A DNA stretch of 64,000 bases, taken from contig OZ361258.1 in NCBI GenBank assembly GCA_977018835.1, forward strand, positions 124,001 to 188,000. The letters run 5' to 3'. Shown piece by piece: positions 46,549-58,517 of this stretch; the stretch's first letter is position 1, and every line of letters begins with the position of its first letter. Source of the stretch: Minutocellus sp. GHC0000111 (Eukaryota). The translations under genes were made by a program, and so were the position numbers. Below the pieces are notes generated by a model. That model was not told the DNA's origin and ran no database searches. It saw only the letters and a list, made by a program, of their open reading frames with translations.

Positions 46549-46734
46549 AAAGACACTAGACTGATCAAATTTAGTGGATCTATAAAATGATACACGTTGC
46601 GTTGGGGCGTTGTTGCGTTAGCGTTGGGGCGTTGCGGCGCGCAGAGAGGCGAGGCAAGGTTGTGGCTGTGGCGTGCGGGCGCGTTGTTGCTGTTGGAACC
46701 CGCCGGAAGTCAGCACAACGTGCTTGACAGTAGT

Positions 46735-47934
46735 ATGCCCTCCCCGGAGCGGCGAAACGCAAGATGTTTTTACGTCGTCTTGCTGGGAGGTTGCGCTTTC
46801 TTTGGTTTGCTGGCAGGTTTGGTTTCGACAGAGATCGAGAGTGCCAATAAGGCCGAGACGCTGCTGTCCAACGCACCACCACTTAATGCGGTGAGGAGCA
46901 ACAGGCAACAGAGACGAAGTGCTCGACAGAATGAGAATAGACGCCGGAGTAAGAAATTTGTCGATGGTAGAGGCATAGGAAGGCCAAGTGGACTGGGACC
47001 ATTACATTCCCGTCCGAGACAACTACGAGGTCACGCAGCTGACTCATCGGCATTATTTCAAACCAGTTCGGCTTTTCCAAAAGGAACTCCATTTCGCGTG
47101 CATGAATTTTTCGCTTATGGGCCCGGAAAGAAGTACAACACGAAGAATAGGCTTGATCGACTGGGACTCAATAATCCATCTCTAAATTCGATGACGTTTT
47201 TACAGTGGAATAGTAGAGGAGGCGTGACCCCAACCCTCGATCTTCCTCATTCAGTTCTCTACTTTCACATGAGAAAGGCTGCAGGAAGCACCATTGAAAA
47301 AGCAATGGTCGAAGCTGCCAGCATTATGAAAAATACGACAAATGGTAGAATCCAAGCCAAAACGGCGAAGCTGTTTCCTTGGAAGTATAGGCGCAACGAA
47401 GAGTACAAAAAGTCATTTCGAACTAAAAGCATGACAGCTCTGAAGATTGTCGAGGAAAGCAACGCTAATGACGCCAAGGTGTTTACGGTTATTCGAGATC
47501 CAGTCAGTCGCTTCTTATCTGGAGTATCACAGCAGCTTGATTCGGTAAACAAAACAAAGACGAACGAGTGCGTCAAGGCGACTCCTCGATCGACAATTGA
47601 TTGTGTTCTCGACAAGATTCAAGAATTTGGGTTGCAGTTGAATGTGCACTACATACCGCAAGCAGTCAACCTCAAGGGGGTGCTTCGAGGCCAAAAACTC
47701 CCGGTAGAATTATTCGAAATGAAGGACCTACCTCAAATATTGACACAATTTGGTGCAGATACAAGCATGAGAGAGAATCCTGGGGATGCCAAGGATGGAA
47801 TATTGGCTGAAATCAATTCCAGCATTCTGGATGACGATTTGATAAATACCATATGCGAGCTGTTTGCGATTGACGTTGACATGATGCATTACCTTGGATT
47901 GAATGTACCCTACTGTGACCCTGATTCGATATGA
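46735..47934 (+). CDS. Type II membrane sulfotransferase (Sulfotransfer_2/CHST-like)
   Basis: N-terminal TM segment; YFHMRKAAGSTI (5'-PSB), FTVIRDPVSRFLSG (3'-PB) and NVHYIPQ. Confidence 0.85.
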   Translation: MPSPERRNARCFYVVLLGGCAFFGLLAGLVSTEIESANKAETLLSNAPPLNAVRSNRQQRRSARQNENRRRSKKFVDGRGIGRPSGLGPLHSRPRQLRGHAADSSALFQTSSAFPKGTPFRVHEFFAYGPGKKYNTKNRLDRLGLNNPSLNSMTFLQWNSRGGVTPTLDLPHSVLYFHMRKAAGSTIEKAMVEAASIMKNTTNGRIQAKTAKLFPWKYRRNEEYKKSFRTKSMTALKIVEESNANDAKVFTVIRDPVSRFLSGVSQQLDSVNKTKTNECVKATPRSTIDCVLDKIQEFGLQLNVHYIPQAVNLKGVLRGQKLPVELFEMKDLPQILTQFGADTSMRENPGDAKDGILAEINSSILDDDLINTICELFAIDVDMMHYLGLNVPYCDPDSI

Positions 47935-48120
47935 AGTGAGCGATGTGAGCGAGTCGGTGGCTACTATTAGGGTGTGTAGAAATACAGATAAATAGAAATT
48001 ACTTTTTTGCTAGACTATATATAGTAGACCGCTCAACAAAATAGTTCAAACGAAAATATCCAGGCTCTTTGCAATTGTTTAGGTTTCATGAATTTACTAG
48101 AGACAGTAAGATGCCTTTTC

Positions 48121-48663
48121 TCACTCCATATTCTTTCGATTCTCGTGGTGGCGATGACGAAGATCTCGCAGCAGTGTCTCCTTCTCCCGAGCTTCAAGAG
48201 CCTGCAACTTGGCTAAATCAGATGCCCAAGCCACCGTCGGATCGACATAAACATAGTCATTGTTCTTGTTGTCACCATAGTTTTCCATGTGCTTACGATT
48301 CTCGTAGTGACGGTGACGGATCTCTCGCAGCCTGGCTTCGTTTTCCTTGGCCTTTTGATCCTGCAACGTCGATTCCATCTGAGCCTCGTTCATGTTCTTT
48401 CGCGACTCATGATGACGATGACGCAGCTCTCGAAGTAGGCCCTCCCTGCTCTGTCCAGTGTTTGATTTTGCGAGATCCTTCTCGAGCTGCTCCAGCTGAT
48501 TCAGATCGGATGCCCACGATGCCGTTGGATCGACGTACACTCTGTCCGGCTTTGACGCGGCAAGTTTCGTCGTCTTCGAACGAGAACATCCTGGAGAAAA
48601 AATAATCCAGGCCTTGCTGTACGGGGCGGTCGAAAGTAGAAGGAACGCCACGAAATGCTTCAT
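48121..48663 (-). CDS. Small signal-peptide protein with internal repeats (YVDPTxxWASDL x2; LRxxRHRHxExRKxM x3)
   Basis: ORF with an MKHFVAFLLLS leader; the repeats are visible in the translation. Confidence 0.7.
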   Translation of the reverse strand: MKHFVAFLLLSTAPYSKAWIIFSPGCSRSKTTKLAASKPDRVYVDPTASWASDLNQLEQLEKDLAKSNTGQSREGLLRELRHRHHESRKNMNEAQMESTLQDQKAKENEARLREIRHRHYENRKHMENYGDNKNNDYVYVDPTVAWASDLAKLQALEAREKETLLRDLRHRHHENRKNME

Positions 48664-49042
48664 TACTTGCAATGTTTGGAGATATCAGTCAATTGGATTA
48701 TGCTTGCTGCTTGTTGGCTACTAGCTAGAGTATGCATTGGTTCGGTTTGTGTTCTCGTTTTTTTGACACATACCTAGGTACATAGTCATGCCTTTGCGAG
48801 AATGCACTCCCCAATTTGAATTGCACCACTCCCCGCAGCACGCTCCAATACCGTCTTTTCATCGTCAGTAGCGCTTACTCAGAACTTTTTTCATTTGACT
48901 TCGAATTTGCAAATTTATTTCCGCCGTCCGAACTTTTTGCCGCCGCTGAACCTCCAGTCCATCTCCTTGGAGCAACAGCCCAGCTCCTGGCGTCGCCCAT
49001 CGCCCAAGCAAACCGACCCAGTCACACGAAAGCTGCTGCCCG

Positions 49043-50362
49043 ATGTTGTTTGCAGCAGCAGTATCCTTGATTTTGTTGGCCGTGGCGCCGAATTCGCAGC
49101 AGCATGCTCTGGCCTTCACGCCTTCGGCGCCGCCCCAGCTTCTACTTCCGGCAAAAGTGCCGCAGCAGGGCAGAACCAGGGTGCACGTGTCCATCTCGTC
49201 CGATCAGCAGCAGCAGGATCACATTGAACACGAGGGCAAAATCTTCAGCGCCGATAATGATAAGGGAAAGTTCCATACCGCCGACACCACGAGAGCGGCA
49301 ATTGCCACCGATACCATCAATTTAGCCACCATGTATCTCAATGATCACGAATCTCCCACCCAAGTTGAGGATGCAGCCGCTACCAGAGCTGTTGCGCCGA
49401 TTAAAATCCGACGACCGACCATGAACAAAAGTCTGGCCTTCTTGGCTGGCGTCTGCGATGTCATCTGCTACCGACGACACGGTTGCTACGCCAACATGCT
49501 GACCGGCAACACCATCCAGGCAGCCAATGCGCTGTCAACCCTGCGATTGGCCGATATGGCATTCTTCCTGAGCATATTGGGCAGCTACATGGTTGGATTC
49601 GGCGCCTACCGTGCCGTGGACCGTTCGGTCCAGGAGCACAACAGCAATGTGGTGGAGGCCAATGGCAATGCCGACAGCGCCGAGAACCCGAGGCGCAAGC
49701 GACTGGTAACTCCCGCTGTCGTGGCTCCTGTCATCATGTCGCTCTTTACGCTGTACGACATGCTGGTGATCAAGACCGGCGCTGGACGGTGGACGGTCCC
49801 CATCCTTGTTGTCGGTAGTGTCATGATCAATAGTGCTGGCCTGGAATCGACCGGCGCGGTGTGCAACATGATGACTGGAAATTTCGGCAAGACAGCTAAC
49901 TTCCTCACCGACTGCACCCTTCACAAGTTTCTCGGTGGGCCAGAGCCAAGTGCTGACTTGAAAAAGGGTGCTCGAAAGTCCGGAAAGATTATTGGATCGT
50001 TCTTCGCTGGAGTTGCCTTGACTGGTGCTATGATTGCAGGAGGCGAGCAGCTCCTGGCTCGAATCCCCTTTGTCGGTATCGATGCTGCTCTTACCATCGC
50101 AAGTCTGCCCCACTTTACTATGTTGGGTGCGGCCTACGCCACACTTCTGCTGTTGTACAGCAGGACCGTCGCTGGCAAGGCTGCTAGTGCCAACCGCCCC
50201 TCTATTCCGCAGTTGGCGCAGGATGTGCTGTCCAAGCTCAGATTGCGACGAAAGCTTGGTCACCGCAACAACAATGCTGTTGTTGCCGAAGAAGCCGTAA
50301 TCGATCCTTGCTCCTTGGATGGTCTCGAAGCTGATTGCCATTCTTCTTCTTGTAGTTTATGA
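49043..50362 (+). CDS. DUF1275/YoaK family membrane protein, probably plastid-targeted
   Basis: ALA-F leader; LAFLAGVCDVICY..YANMLTGNT, repeated as CNMMTGNF; multiple TM segments. Confidence 0.8.
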   Translation: MLFAAAVSLILLAVAPNSQQHALAFTPSAPPQLLLPAKVPQQGRTRVHVSISSDQQQQDHIEHEGKIFSADNDKGKFHTADTTRAAIATDTINLATMYLNDHESPTQVEDAAATRAVAPIKIRRPTMNKSLAFLAGVCDVICYRRHGCYANMLTGNTIQAANALSTLRLADMAFFLSILGSYMVGFGAYRAVDRSVQEHNSNVVEANGNADSAENPRRKRLVTPAVVAPVIMSLFTLYDMLVIKTGAGRWTVPILVVGSVMINSAGLESTGAVCNMMTGNFGKTANFLTDCTLHKFLGGPEPSADLKKGARKSGKIIGSFFAGVALTGAMIAGGEQLLARIPFVGIDAALTIASLPHFTMLGAAYATLLLLYSRTVAGKAASANRPSIPQLAQDVLSKLRLRRKLGHRNNNAVVAEEAVIDPCSLDGLEADCHSSSCSL

Positions 50363-50537
50363 CCATCGCCAATTTTGTAGATACCGATAAATATAAATGA
50401 GGCTACTAGTAAAGCTGGGCTAGATTTCGTTGGGCAAAAGGTGCCACACAATTTATTAGACTAGAGCTAGCTAGAGACAACATCTATATGTGAAAATCTC
50501 ATCGATAGATCTTATGAGCTTACGTTTGGGGCTCATG

Positions 50538-51599
50538 CTACGATTTGTTCAATTTTGCACGAAACTTTCGCGTCAATCTGTGTTTTTCTCCCTTGCTCGC
50601 CTCCAAGAGTTTCAAGCACATGTCTCCCAAGCCATATTCCCTAATGCAGTCGGTTTCTCCCAGGTACCTTGCGACGTCATATGTTAATTCAAACGATGAC
50701 ACTGCGTCGTGCAGCAGTCCTTCTTCTCTGGACATCTCAATGTATTCCATGAGTAAGTCAAGATCCATCCGGTTGGGTTTGATATTTGTTTGGTTGGAAT
50801 TCGCCAATGGTCTGTGATGCGTTGGTTCCAATGCGATGGCGTTCGCATTGTCTTCGTCATTCTCGTCGAGAAAGCCACAGACAGTATCAATCACATTCTG
50901 AACATCTTCATCAAACTTTGCACTGTAGAGAAAGTGTGCTCCCAACTTTTCGCTCAGACCAATGGCAATCTCCTTCAATCGTTCTCTCCTCTCATCACTG
51001 GCCATTCTAAGGTCATCATCGGTGACATTGCACGCCTTGCAGGCACAATCAAACCCATATCTCATTCTGAGGAAAACACCACGCTCGGTACTTGCATTGT
51101 GGCAGACAACGTCGGAGTAGCAGTAAGTAAGCTCCTCCCCAGCCTTGATATCTCTCGACGTATACATCCTCATCGTCCACCCACTTAAGTCGTATCCAAC
51201 GTTGGGCGAGCACGAATGGTTTAATCTGGCGGCCGTCGGATAGACGCCTGGAGCAAACTGTTTGTCGGTTGAATAGAACGCATTGGATTTGATGATACCC
51301 CACAGCCGCTTCTCCCCTCGCCCATCGTTGTCAATGTACTGATCGTGCATCTGCCACAGCCTATCCATCTTTTCTGTTGATAATTTGCATGTTTCAGCGA
51401 GATACTTGATATCATCGGCCTGGCACTGGTGGGTTTCATCCTCATGCAGTTTGGTAGCGTTCGTCACTTGATCGCCCGTGAGGATGGGTTCCTCTGTGAG
51501 AATGAGCGTAAAGCATGGTATATCTCGAAGAGCAAAGGCGCCAAAGCCTACTGCAGATTGCCGAACGACGAAGAGATCGCCGTGGGTTTCCTCCGTCAT
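50538..51599 (-). CDS. SET-domain lysine methyltransferase
   Basis: GFGAFALRDI, ARLNHSCSPN, DIKAGEELTYCY and post-SET FDCACKAC. Confidence 0.9.
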   Translation of the reverse strand: MTEETHGDLFVVRQSAVGFGAFALRDIPCFTLILTEEPILTGDQVTNATKLHEDETHQCQADDIKYLAETCKLSTEKMDRLWQMHDQYIDNDGRGEKRLWGIIKSNAFYSTDKQFAPGVYPTAARLNHSCSPNVGYDLSGWTMRMYTSRDIKAGEELTYCYSDVVCHNASTERGVFLRMRYGFDCACKACNVTDDDLRMASDERRERLKEIAIGLSEKLGAHFLYSAKFDEDVQNVIDTVCGFLDENDEDNANAIALEPTHHRPLANSNQTNIKPNRMDLDLLMEYIEMSREEGLLHDAVSSFELTYDVARYLGETDCIREYGLGDMCLKLLEASKGEKHRLTRKFRAKLNKS

Positions 51600-51883
51600 G
51601 TTCGAATGTTGACTGCTGAGCGAGCAATGTTGCTGCATGCGTTTTTGGATGCTGTTGAGCTCATTCTGCTTTCTATTCTGTACGAACTCGTACTAGCTAC
51701 GTAGTATTCTGCATCTCGGCGGCTACTATTCGCGGCTCTCGGCGGACGCGCGGGGAATGACGGCCAGACCTTTTTATCGGATAGAAAAGCGCGGCGCCGC
51801 GCCCTCACTCCTGACAATAATACAAAGATCCATCTGCTACAACAAGCAACCAGTCGACCAGTTTGCAAGTTGAAGCCAACATC

Positions 51884-53025
51884 ATGAAGTTCTTTACTCG
51901 TACTCTCGCAGCCAGACCCGCCTTCCTGGTCAGCCTCCTTGCGCTACAGGCTTTGAACTTTCTTTCACCGCCATTCCTGATCAAGACACTGCCACACTTC
52001 AAGCTCGTGCCGATGCTGTCACCGCGTATCTTCAATCTTACATAAATTCAACCTGCGGTGTCGATGTCCCTGTCGTTTACAACGCTGTCAGCGATTATGA
52101 ATCCGCCGTCGATGCCCTCCTGGATGGTACCGCCGACTTTGGCTGGTATGGAGGTTTGACTGGCGTACAAGCTGGTCTTCGCTCGCCCCCCGCCGTCTAC
52201 CTCGCCCAGCGCGTAGAAGTCAAGCAGTTCACGTCGGTCTTCATTCAGGGATCTGGCCTCGACTTGTCATCGGAGGGAATACAGGGTGCCAATGGTCGAT
52301 CTCTCGCATTCGGGTCTGAAAGTTCCACAAGTGGTCATCTCATGCCAGCCTACTTTATGAGAGAGGCAGATCCCGAGGTCGTACCAGCTTCTACCATCTC
52401 CACTGGATCTCACGATGCCACGGTAGATGCCGTCGCCGATGGCAGTGTGGAAGTTGGCGCGCTGAACTCCGTTGTTTGGGAGAATCGAGTCGCGGCCAAT
52501 ACTACCGGTGGAACCTCTGTCTTCTACACAACTCCAGAGTACGCAGACTACTTGTGGGTAAGTGGAGCTGCCATTGCCGAGGATTGGGAGCTTTCAGTGG
52601 CGGAGATTGCTCCGCTTGGGTCGCGTGTCTGGCCGGAAGAGTGCATCGATATTCATTCTCTCCTAACAGATGCATTCCTGGCTGCGAGTGCCGACGAACC
52701 TCTCGGCGCGGCGCTCCTTGACACCTACTCTGCCCCCAATGGCTTTGTTTCCATCGAGCCCCACGAGTATGATGCTATCTTTGAGAGTGGATGTGACTTG
52801 GCTCTAATTGAGGAGCAGTATTGCGTCGACCCTCCCCCTGAGGACTTGGGCGAAGGATCTGAAATGGTTGATGAAGAAATGGACGACGAGAAGGAAGATG
52901 GCATGGACGAGGCGGGAGAGGAGGAGGAAGAGATGATGGATTCCAACACTGGTTTCGCTACCAACGAGGCCTTTTCATTCGCCTTCATCGTAGGCACATT
53001 GGCTTCGAACATCATTGGATTGTAA
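51884..53025 (+). pseudogene. PhnD-like (phosphate/phosphonate/selenate-type) solute-binding protein with signal peptide and C-terminal hydrophobic anchor; frameshift near 51941
   Basis: The frame of ORF 52156..53025 extends upstream as ATGFELSFTAIPDQD..DYESAVDALLDGTADFGWYGGLTGVQA; further motifs FGSESSTSGHLMP, GSHDAT and TPEYADY. ATG 51884 (MKFF..AFLVSLL) is one base out of frame. Confidence 0.8.
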
Positions 53026-53358
53026 ATGTTTGTGTATACATGTATCTTTCACGTGCGTGTATGGTCGGTCTAGAATATTACTCTAATAGATCTACAGGCA
53101 GGAGCAACGTCGGAGAAGAGAGAAATATGTGTTGGCTGCTGCAACGTTGTATAGAAGAAAAAGAGACTCCGTCCATTCCAAACTCTGTCGGACCGTTATT
53201 ACAGTCCATCTTTTCTTGCAGCTAGTTAGATTTTATGTTAAGGAGACTACCAACCGTGATAATTGATTGAAATAATGTAAAGGTTGGTAACTACGTAATT
53301 TTAGAGTGGAGAAGGGGCGAGGGAGGGAGGGTAATAATCTCTTCTCCCGCCGTGCGGC

Positions 53359-53383
53359 GAGTCGAGTCGAGTCGAGTCGAGTC
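53359..53383. repeat. (GAGTC)5 upstream of the RFC gene
   Basis: Directly visible; the same motif recurs upstream of other genes. Confidence 0.9.
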
Positions 53384-53533
53384 GGTGGCGACGAAACTTT
53401 TCGATGGGAGCGAGAGGCCTGAGGCCTGATGCCGAGGCCGGCCGGCGCGAAAAATGAGCCGTCCCGCAACCGCCACATCCGTCCCCATCCCTCACGTCCC
53501 TCCACACTCCATCTCGTGCTGCAAACAACAACC

Positions 53534-54806
53534 ATGGTAGCGGTCGAGGAATCCACCAACCCCATTTCGGCAACGCCGTGGGTAGAGAAGTATCGTCCCA
53601 AGAATCTCACCGACGTCGCGCATCAGTCCGAGGTCGTGTCGACCCTCCAAAATGCCGTCGAGACGAACCGCCTTCCCCACCTCCTGTTTTACGGTCCTCC
53701 CGGCACCGGTAAGACCTCCGTCGCCCTTGCCCTTTGCCGGACGTTGTGGCACCCCTCCCAACTGAAGCGCCGTGTTCTGGAGCTCAACGCCTCCGACGAG
53801 CGCGGCATTTCGGTCGTCCGTGACAAAATCAAGCACTTCGCCGCCCTGGCCGTCGGCGACCCGACCAAGGCGGCCGGTTCGGCATACTTCGGGAAGAGCG
53901 CCGAGCAGGCCCAGCTCGAGGAGGAGATGAAGCAGTACCCCAACCCCCCGTTCAAGATCATCATCCTGGACGAGGCCGATACTGTCACGCCGGATGCCCA
54001 GGCCGCTCTCCGTCGTATCATTGTAAGTGCTGAGTGTCGCTGCAGCAATGAAAGATGGGTTATGCTTGTATCGGACATATTTCGTTGCCTGAGCTGCTTT
54101 TTATGCATACCTATGCATCTACTGGATGCGCGGTTCCCAATCTACATCAACTCACCCCCGAGCCATTTGCAATCTCACACCAATGAATACATAACAGGAA
54201 GCAACATCCAAGATTACCCGCTTCGTTCTCATTTGTAATTACGTCACCCGTATTATTGAACCTCTGGCCTCCCGTTGTGCCAAGTTCCGCTTCCAGCCTC
54301 TGCCAGTTGAATCGATGCGCAATCGTCTCACAACGATTGCTGACGCCGAATCCTGCCGTTTCCCGGATGGCAAAAAGGGGGAGGTCCTGGATGAGATCCT
54401 GACTCTCAGTGGGGGTGATATGCGTCGCGCCGTGACCTCTCTCCAATCGGCCCATTCTCTGAGCCATGGGGGGACCATACAAAAGGATGCCATTGCCGAA
54501 ATGGCCGGTCTTCCCCCGACTAATATCGTCGAGGCTTTGCTCAATTCTCTCAAGTCGGGCAGCTTCAATTCCATGGAGACGGAGGTAATGAACGTCATTG
54601 CCGAGGGATTTGCCGCCCAGAATGTCTTCATGGAGCTTTCCAAAGCTTTCATCGAGATGGATGGTCTGGATGAGATGTCCAAGGCTGAGCTTTCTATCCG
54701 ACTAGCCGAAGCGGACAAGAATCTCGTCGATGGTGCCGATGAGGTCTTGCAGCTCATGTCGGTGTGTTCCCTTGCGCTCCGGTGTTTGGGTAGACCAAAG
54801 CAGTGA
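53534..54806 (+). CDS. RFC4: Replication factor C small subunit (human RFC4 / yeast Rfc2 type); exons 53534-54022 and 54198-54806
   Basis: [43 protein letters not shown] and SRCAKFRF; intron 54023-54197. Confidence 0.92.
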
Positions 54807-55591
54807 GCGTGCTTTGGACCTTAGTTTTGATGCACTAGATCTAGTCTAGGGTATGGGCGCGAAGTTATGGATTGGAAGCATGCTGCTCTATGGTCTCGGT
54901 GGTGTCAATCCCTGTGACTTCTGGTTGACAGACTGTGTCCCTTTGGGTTGTGGAGGCGCAGTCATGTCCATGTCGCAGCAGTTCATTCATTCATGTCGCC
55001 ATCTCTTTCCCCCGATGGTTTAGGCTGTGGCGCCGTGGACGATACCGGCTAGTTCTCTTGACGAGTAGAAATTCCTTCATAGGATTCCTATAGAGTAAAA
55101 CAAGCAGCAGGTAAATCTACACGTGCATACATGTAGATCTACACATGTACCGGTACATGTAGATCTTTGCTTTTGACGTTGCAACGTTGTCTCCGTGCCT
55201 GAGACAAAAAATTTTGGCGGGTGGGCAATGCCGGCGCGTTCTCCTGCCGGCTTGCTTGCAATTAGCCAGCCCCCTCAAAAACTCGGGGCTGGGATAATGT
55301 TGTCACGAGACCTCCTCAAAGAACTCTTTTGCCGATTTTTCCAAAAAAGCGAAGCGGCAACTTGCTGCACAACACCTGCCCCATAGAACATCCCAGAACA
55401 TTGCAGCCCATAATACTTCCATTGCCACATTGGCGGCCATAGCGCTTGATATAAGCCCAATAATTTATTTGCATTGGCGTGACCTCTTCCGCACTATCAT
55501 AAACTTGGAATTCCAAGCCAAATAAAGTGAAAATCATCCAAAGATCCTCCGTAATCGTGATAGAGCTGTAGCATTCCGTTTTGCGATCATA

Positions 55592-56759
55592 ATGGCCGAA
55601 GCCCAGCTGATGGAATCTCAAAATCATGCCTTGTCTCGCCTTGGGGCATCGCTAAGCAACCTGTTCGTCGGCACTGGTCTTGGAAATAATGCGTTCGATA
55701 GCGATGAACCACCTTCCACCACGGCGGACAAGCAGAAGAAGCACATCGAAACGCTCGAAAAGGCACGAGTTGATCAGGACCAGACCATGGCGGCAATTCT
55801 CACCGAGATGGTCGACCACAGGGCCGAGGCAGAAAAATCTCAGAAGCGACTTGAGCTGGAGGCCGCCGAACTCCGTCGTGAGAACGAGCATCTCAAGAAG
55901 CGACTCGAGGCCATGGACGCTGACATCGAGGACCGCCATGCCCTGTCCGAGTACGCCAAGATGATCCAGGAGCAAGCCCCCACCGTCATCGATACTCCAT
56001 ACGTGATGAGGCTGAAGTCGCAGCTCGCCAAGGCTCTGCACAAGATGGGAGTGCTCTCCAATCAACTTGACCTGACCAAAGAGGAGAACGAACGCGCCCT
56101 CAAAGATCTTCATGATCAGATCGTGGAAGCCGAGACCGCCAAAAACAAAGCCGAGGTTGAGTTCGTAAGTCAATGCCGTAATGTTCTTGGACATATTATA
56201 TGCACAGTGTCCTATCCTCTTGTCTAATCTCTCTTCGCCTGATATCATCCACCACATCCTCTGCATCTGCTGTTCTATCCATTTTTGTTTTCAGATGAAC
56301 GACCTCTTTGTGATGGAACGAGAATGCAATGAGATGGCCGAGGAGTACGAAGCCAAGCTCACATCACAGCAAGAACTCATCGTCCAGCTGAACGTCGAGC
56401 TTGATCTCCAGAGGGAGAAGAAGACCGATGCCGTCTCATTCGCCCGCCACATGAAGGAAGAGCGGCGACGCAGCAGCTCAAGGAGCATTTACCTCATGGA
56501 GGCCCATGCCGAAGGTCTGGAAAAGAAGATGCAAGAGAAGACCGAGGCCGAATCTATGCTTCGAGCCGAGCTCGGGGCAAGAATGAAGGAGGTAGAAGAA
56601 TTGCGTTCCCAATGCAACGACCAGGAGAAGAGCATGGCCAAGCTTCGAGTCGACCTCAAGACTTTAAATTACGAAAAGAGCCAGTATGCTCCAATGGTGA
56701 AGAAGGACGTTCATGACGCAAAGAGAAAGGCGAAACAAGTATCGGCCCGGGGAGCTTAA
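55592..56759 (+). CDS. Hypothetical coiled-coil protein; exons 55592-56164 and 56295-56759
   Basis: E/K-rich heptad sequence; in-frame GTAAGT..CAG intron 56165-56294. Confidence 0.8.
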
Positions 56760-56876
56760 ATATGCGATATTTCTTTCCAATCACGGAAGCTCTATTATCA
56801 ATTGGTACACAGAAGGCATTTAATATTTTAGAATTTGATTATTACTTAATTATCATGGTAGAGCGCAATCTTTCAC

Positions 56877-58357
56877 CTACCTCTCTACAACAATGAACTT
56901 ATTCTTGCGGCAGCTGTTCCAATGCGCCCCTTGGTCCTCGTGCGATCCTTTCTTTGCCAGTGGGGCATCAATTAGACGAACGCTCTCGTGGTTCTGTACT
57001 TGTTTTGCCAGTAGTTCGCAATACAGTGGGAATTTATTATCGCCGGCAATAGCGGCAGGATAACAGTCCATCTTCGCAAATGGTGCGGGGAGAAATCGAG
57101 GCCGAGACGGCGCATCTTTTCCCAAAAGCGGGCAGTTCTGTAGTAATTACAACGTCGTGCCGGTTACAAAACATAGCAAAAATGCCGGTAAGTTTCTAAC
57201 ATACTTGTACGACGTTGGGAGAAAACAAAATGCTTGATATTGAGGTGTCGAGCACGTACCTTTTTGGAGTGACCAAGCTTGCCACATTTCCAACACGGAG
57301 AATCTTTCGCAGCATCTTGAAGAATTTTTAGACGCTCGTTAATGTCGGACGGAAGCTGAGGACAAGCCCTGACGAAATGGTCTGGGCTCTTGCACAGATA
57401 GCAGTCGGCCCCGCGATGGCCACGTCCAATCGCCTGCTCCCGAAGCTTCATTGATTCAATCCTACGCTTCCGCGCCGCCGGTTCTTCGTACAGTGGGATC
57501 TTGATCGTTCTCGCCTCCTCATTCGTTCGTTTATTCCTTCGAACCTGACGGGGCAAGCAGCAGGGTGCCAGGCATAGGAACTTGGCTTTATCACGGCCCA
57601 ATGCATTGGTCAGACCCACACAGCACGGCGACAGATGACGGCACAAATGAATTCCAAGCAGGGCAAGTGTATTGGGAATTGCTTCAAATCGATCATAAAC
57701 AGCATCAGTCTCGTGTAGGTTGCAGCCCTCCCAAATCTCAATCATGGGCCGCCTCTCACTTTTGGCGGTTATATTTGCCTCTGCAATATGCCCCCAGTCC
57801 ACAGTCTTGCTGGTTTCGCGGTCGAGCATGACGATTTGTGCAATGCGGTCGAACCCTTTCGTCCGGTAATTCGATGCCTTTGCCCGACCGCACAGATAGG
57901 ATAGGAGGATCGAGCATATCCCCTTGCCACAGCAAACATCTACGACCGTTACGTCCCTGTTGTTTTCGTCAACATCATCGGCAGTCTTCTCCAACCACAA
58001 AATGAGAGGGGCCAGTGCCACAAGGCTTTCTTCCACCTCCTCCTTTAAATGCTTCTTATTGAGAAACGATGCCCATCGAGTCCCCTGTTCGACCGTGGCC
58101 CACTGCTTTCCCCATGATTCCATTACATCTCCGGCGAGGCGAAGGAGCTGCTCATTGTCGTCTGAGGCGAGTGTGGGATCCGAGAGCAACGCAGTGTTTT
58201 GAGCAATTTCTTTGGCGTGCCGGAAGATTCGCCAGTGAGAGTTGTAGCCCTTCTCTCCTTCTGATTCACCTTGGTAACTTGTGTCGCCGGTGGAGGGAGG
58301 CGTTGATGCTTCACTTGTGCTGTTGGTAGCGGCGGCGGAAGAAGCGGTGTCGGTCAT
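56877..58357 (-). CDS. SAM-dependent methyltransferase with two CCHC zinc knuckles; exons 58357-57260 and 57137-56877
   Basis: VVDVCCGKG, LLGIHLC, LAPCC, CYLCKSPDHFVRAC and CWKCGKLGHSKK|NC; intron 57259-57138. Confidence 0.82.
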
Positions 58358-58517
58358 GGTTGAAGTTCCAAAGTGGGTGGGCGAATGGTTGGTGCTGTGG
58401 TGGCGATGGCGCATGGCGCGCGGTGCGCATGCGGTGGTGGCGCGGCGCGCGGCGTGGCGGCGCTGGTTTGGTCTGTCCGCCGTCCGCCGCCGCCAATGTG
58501 CCCTGACCAACCTGGCT

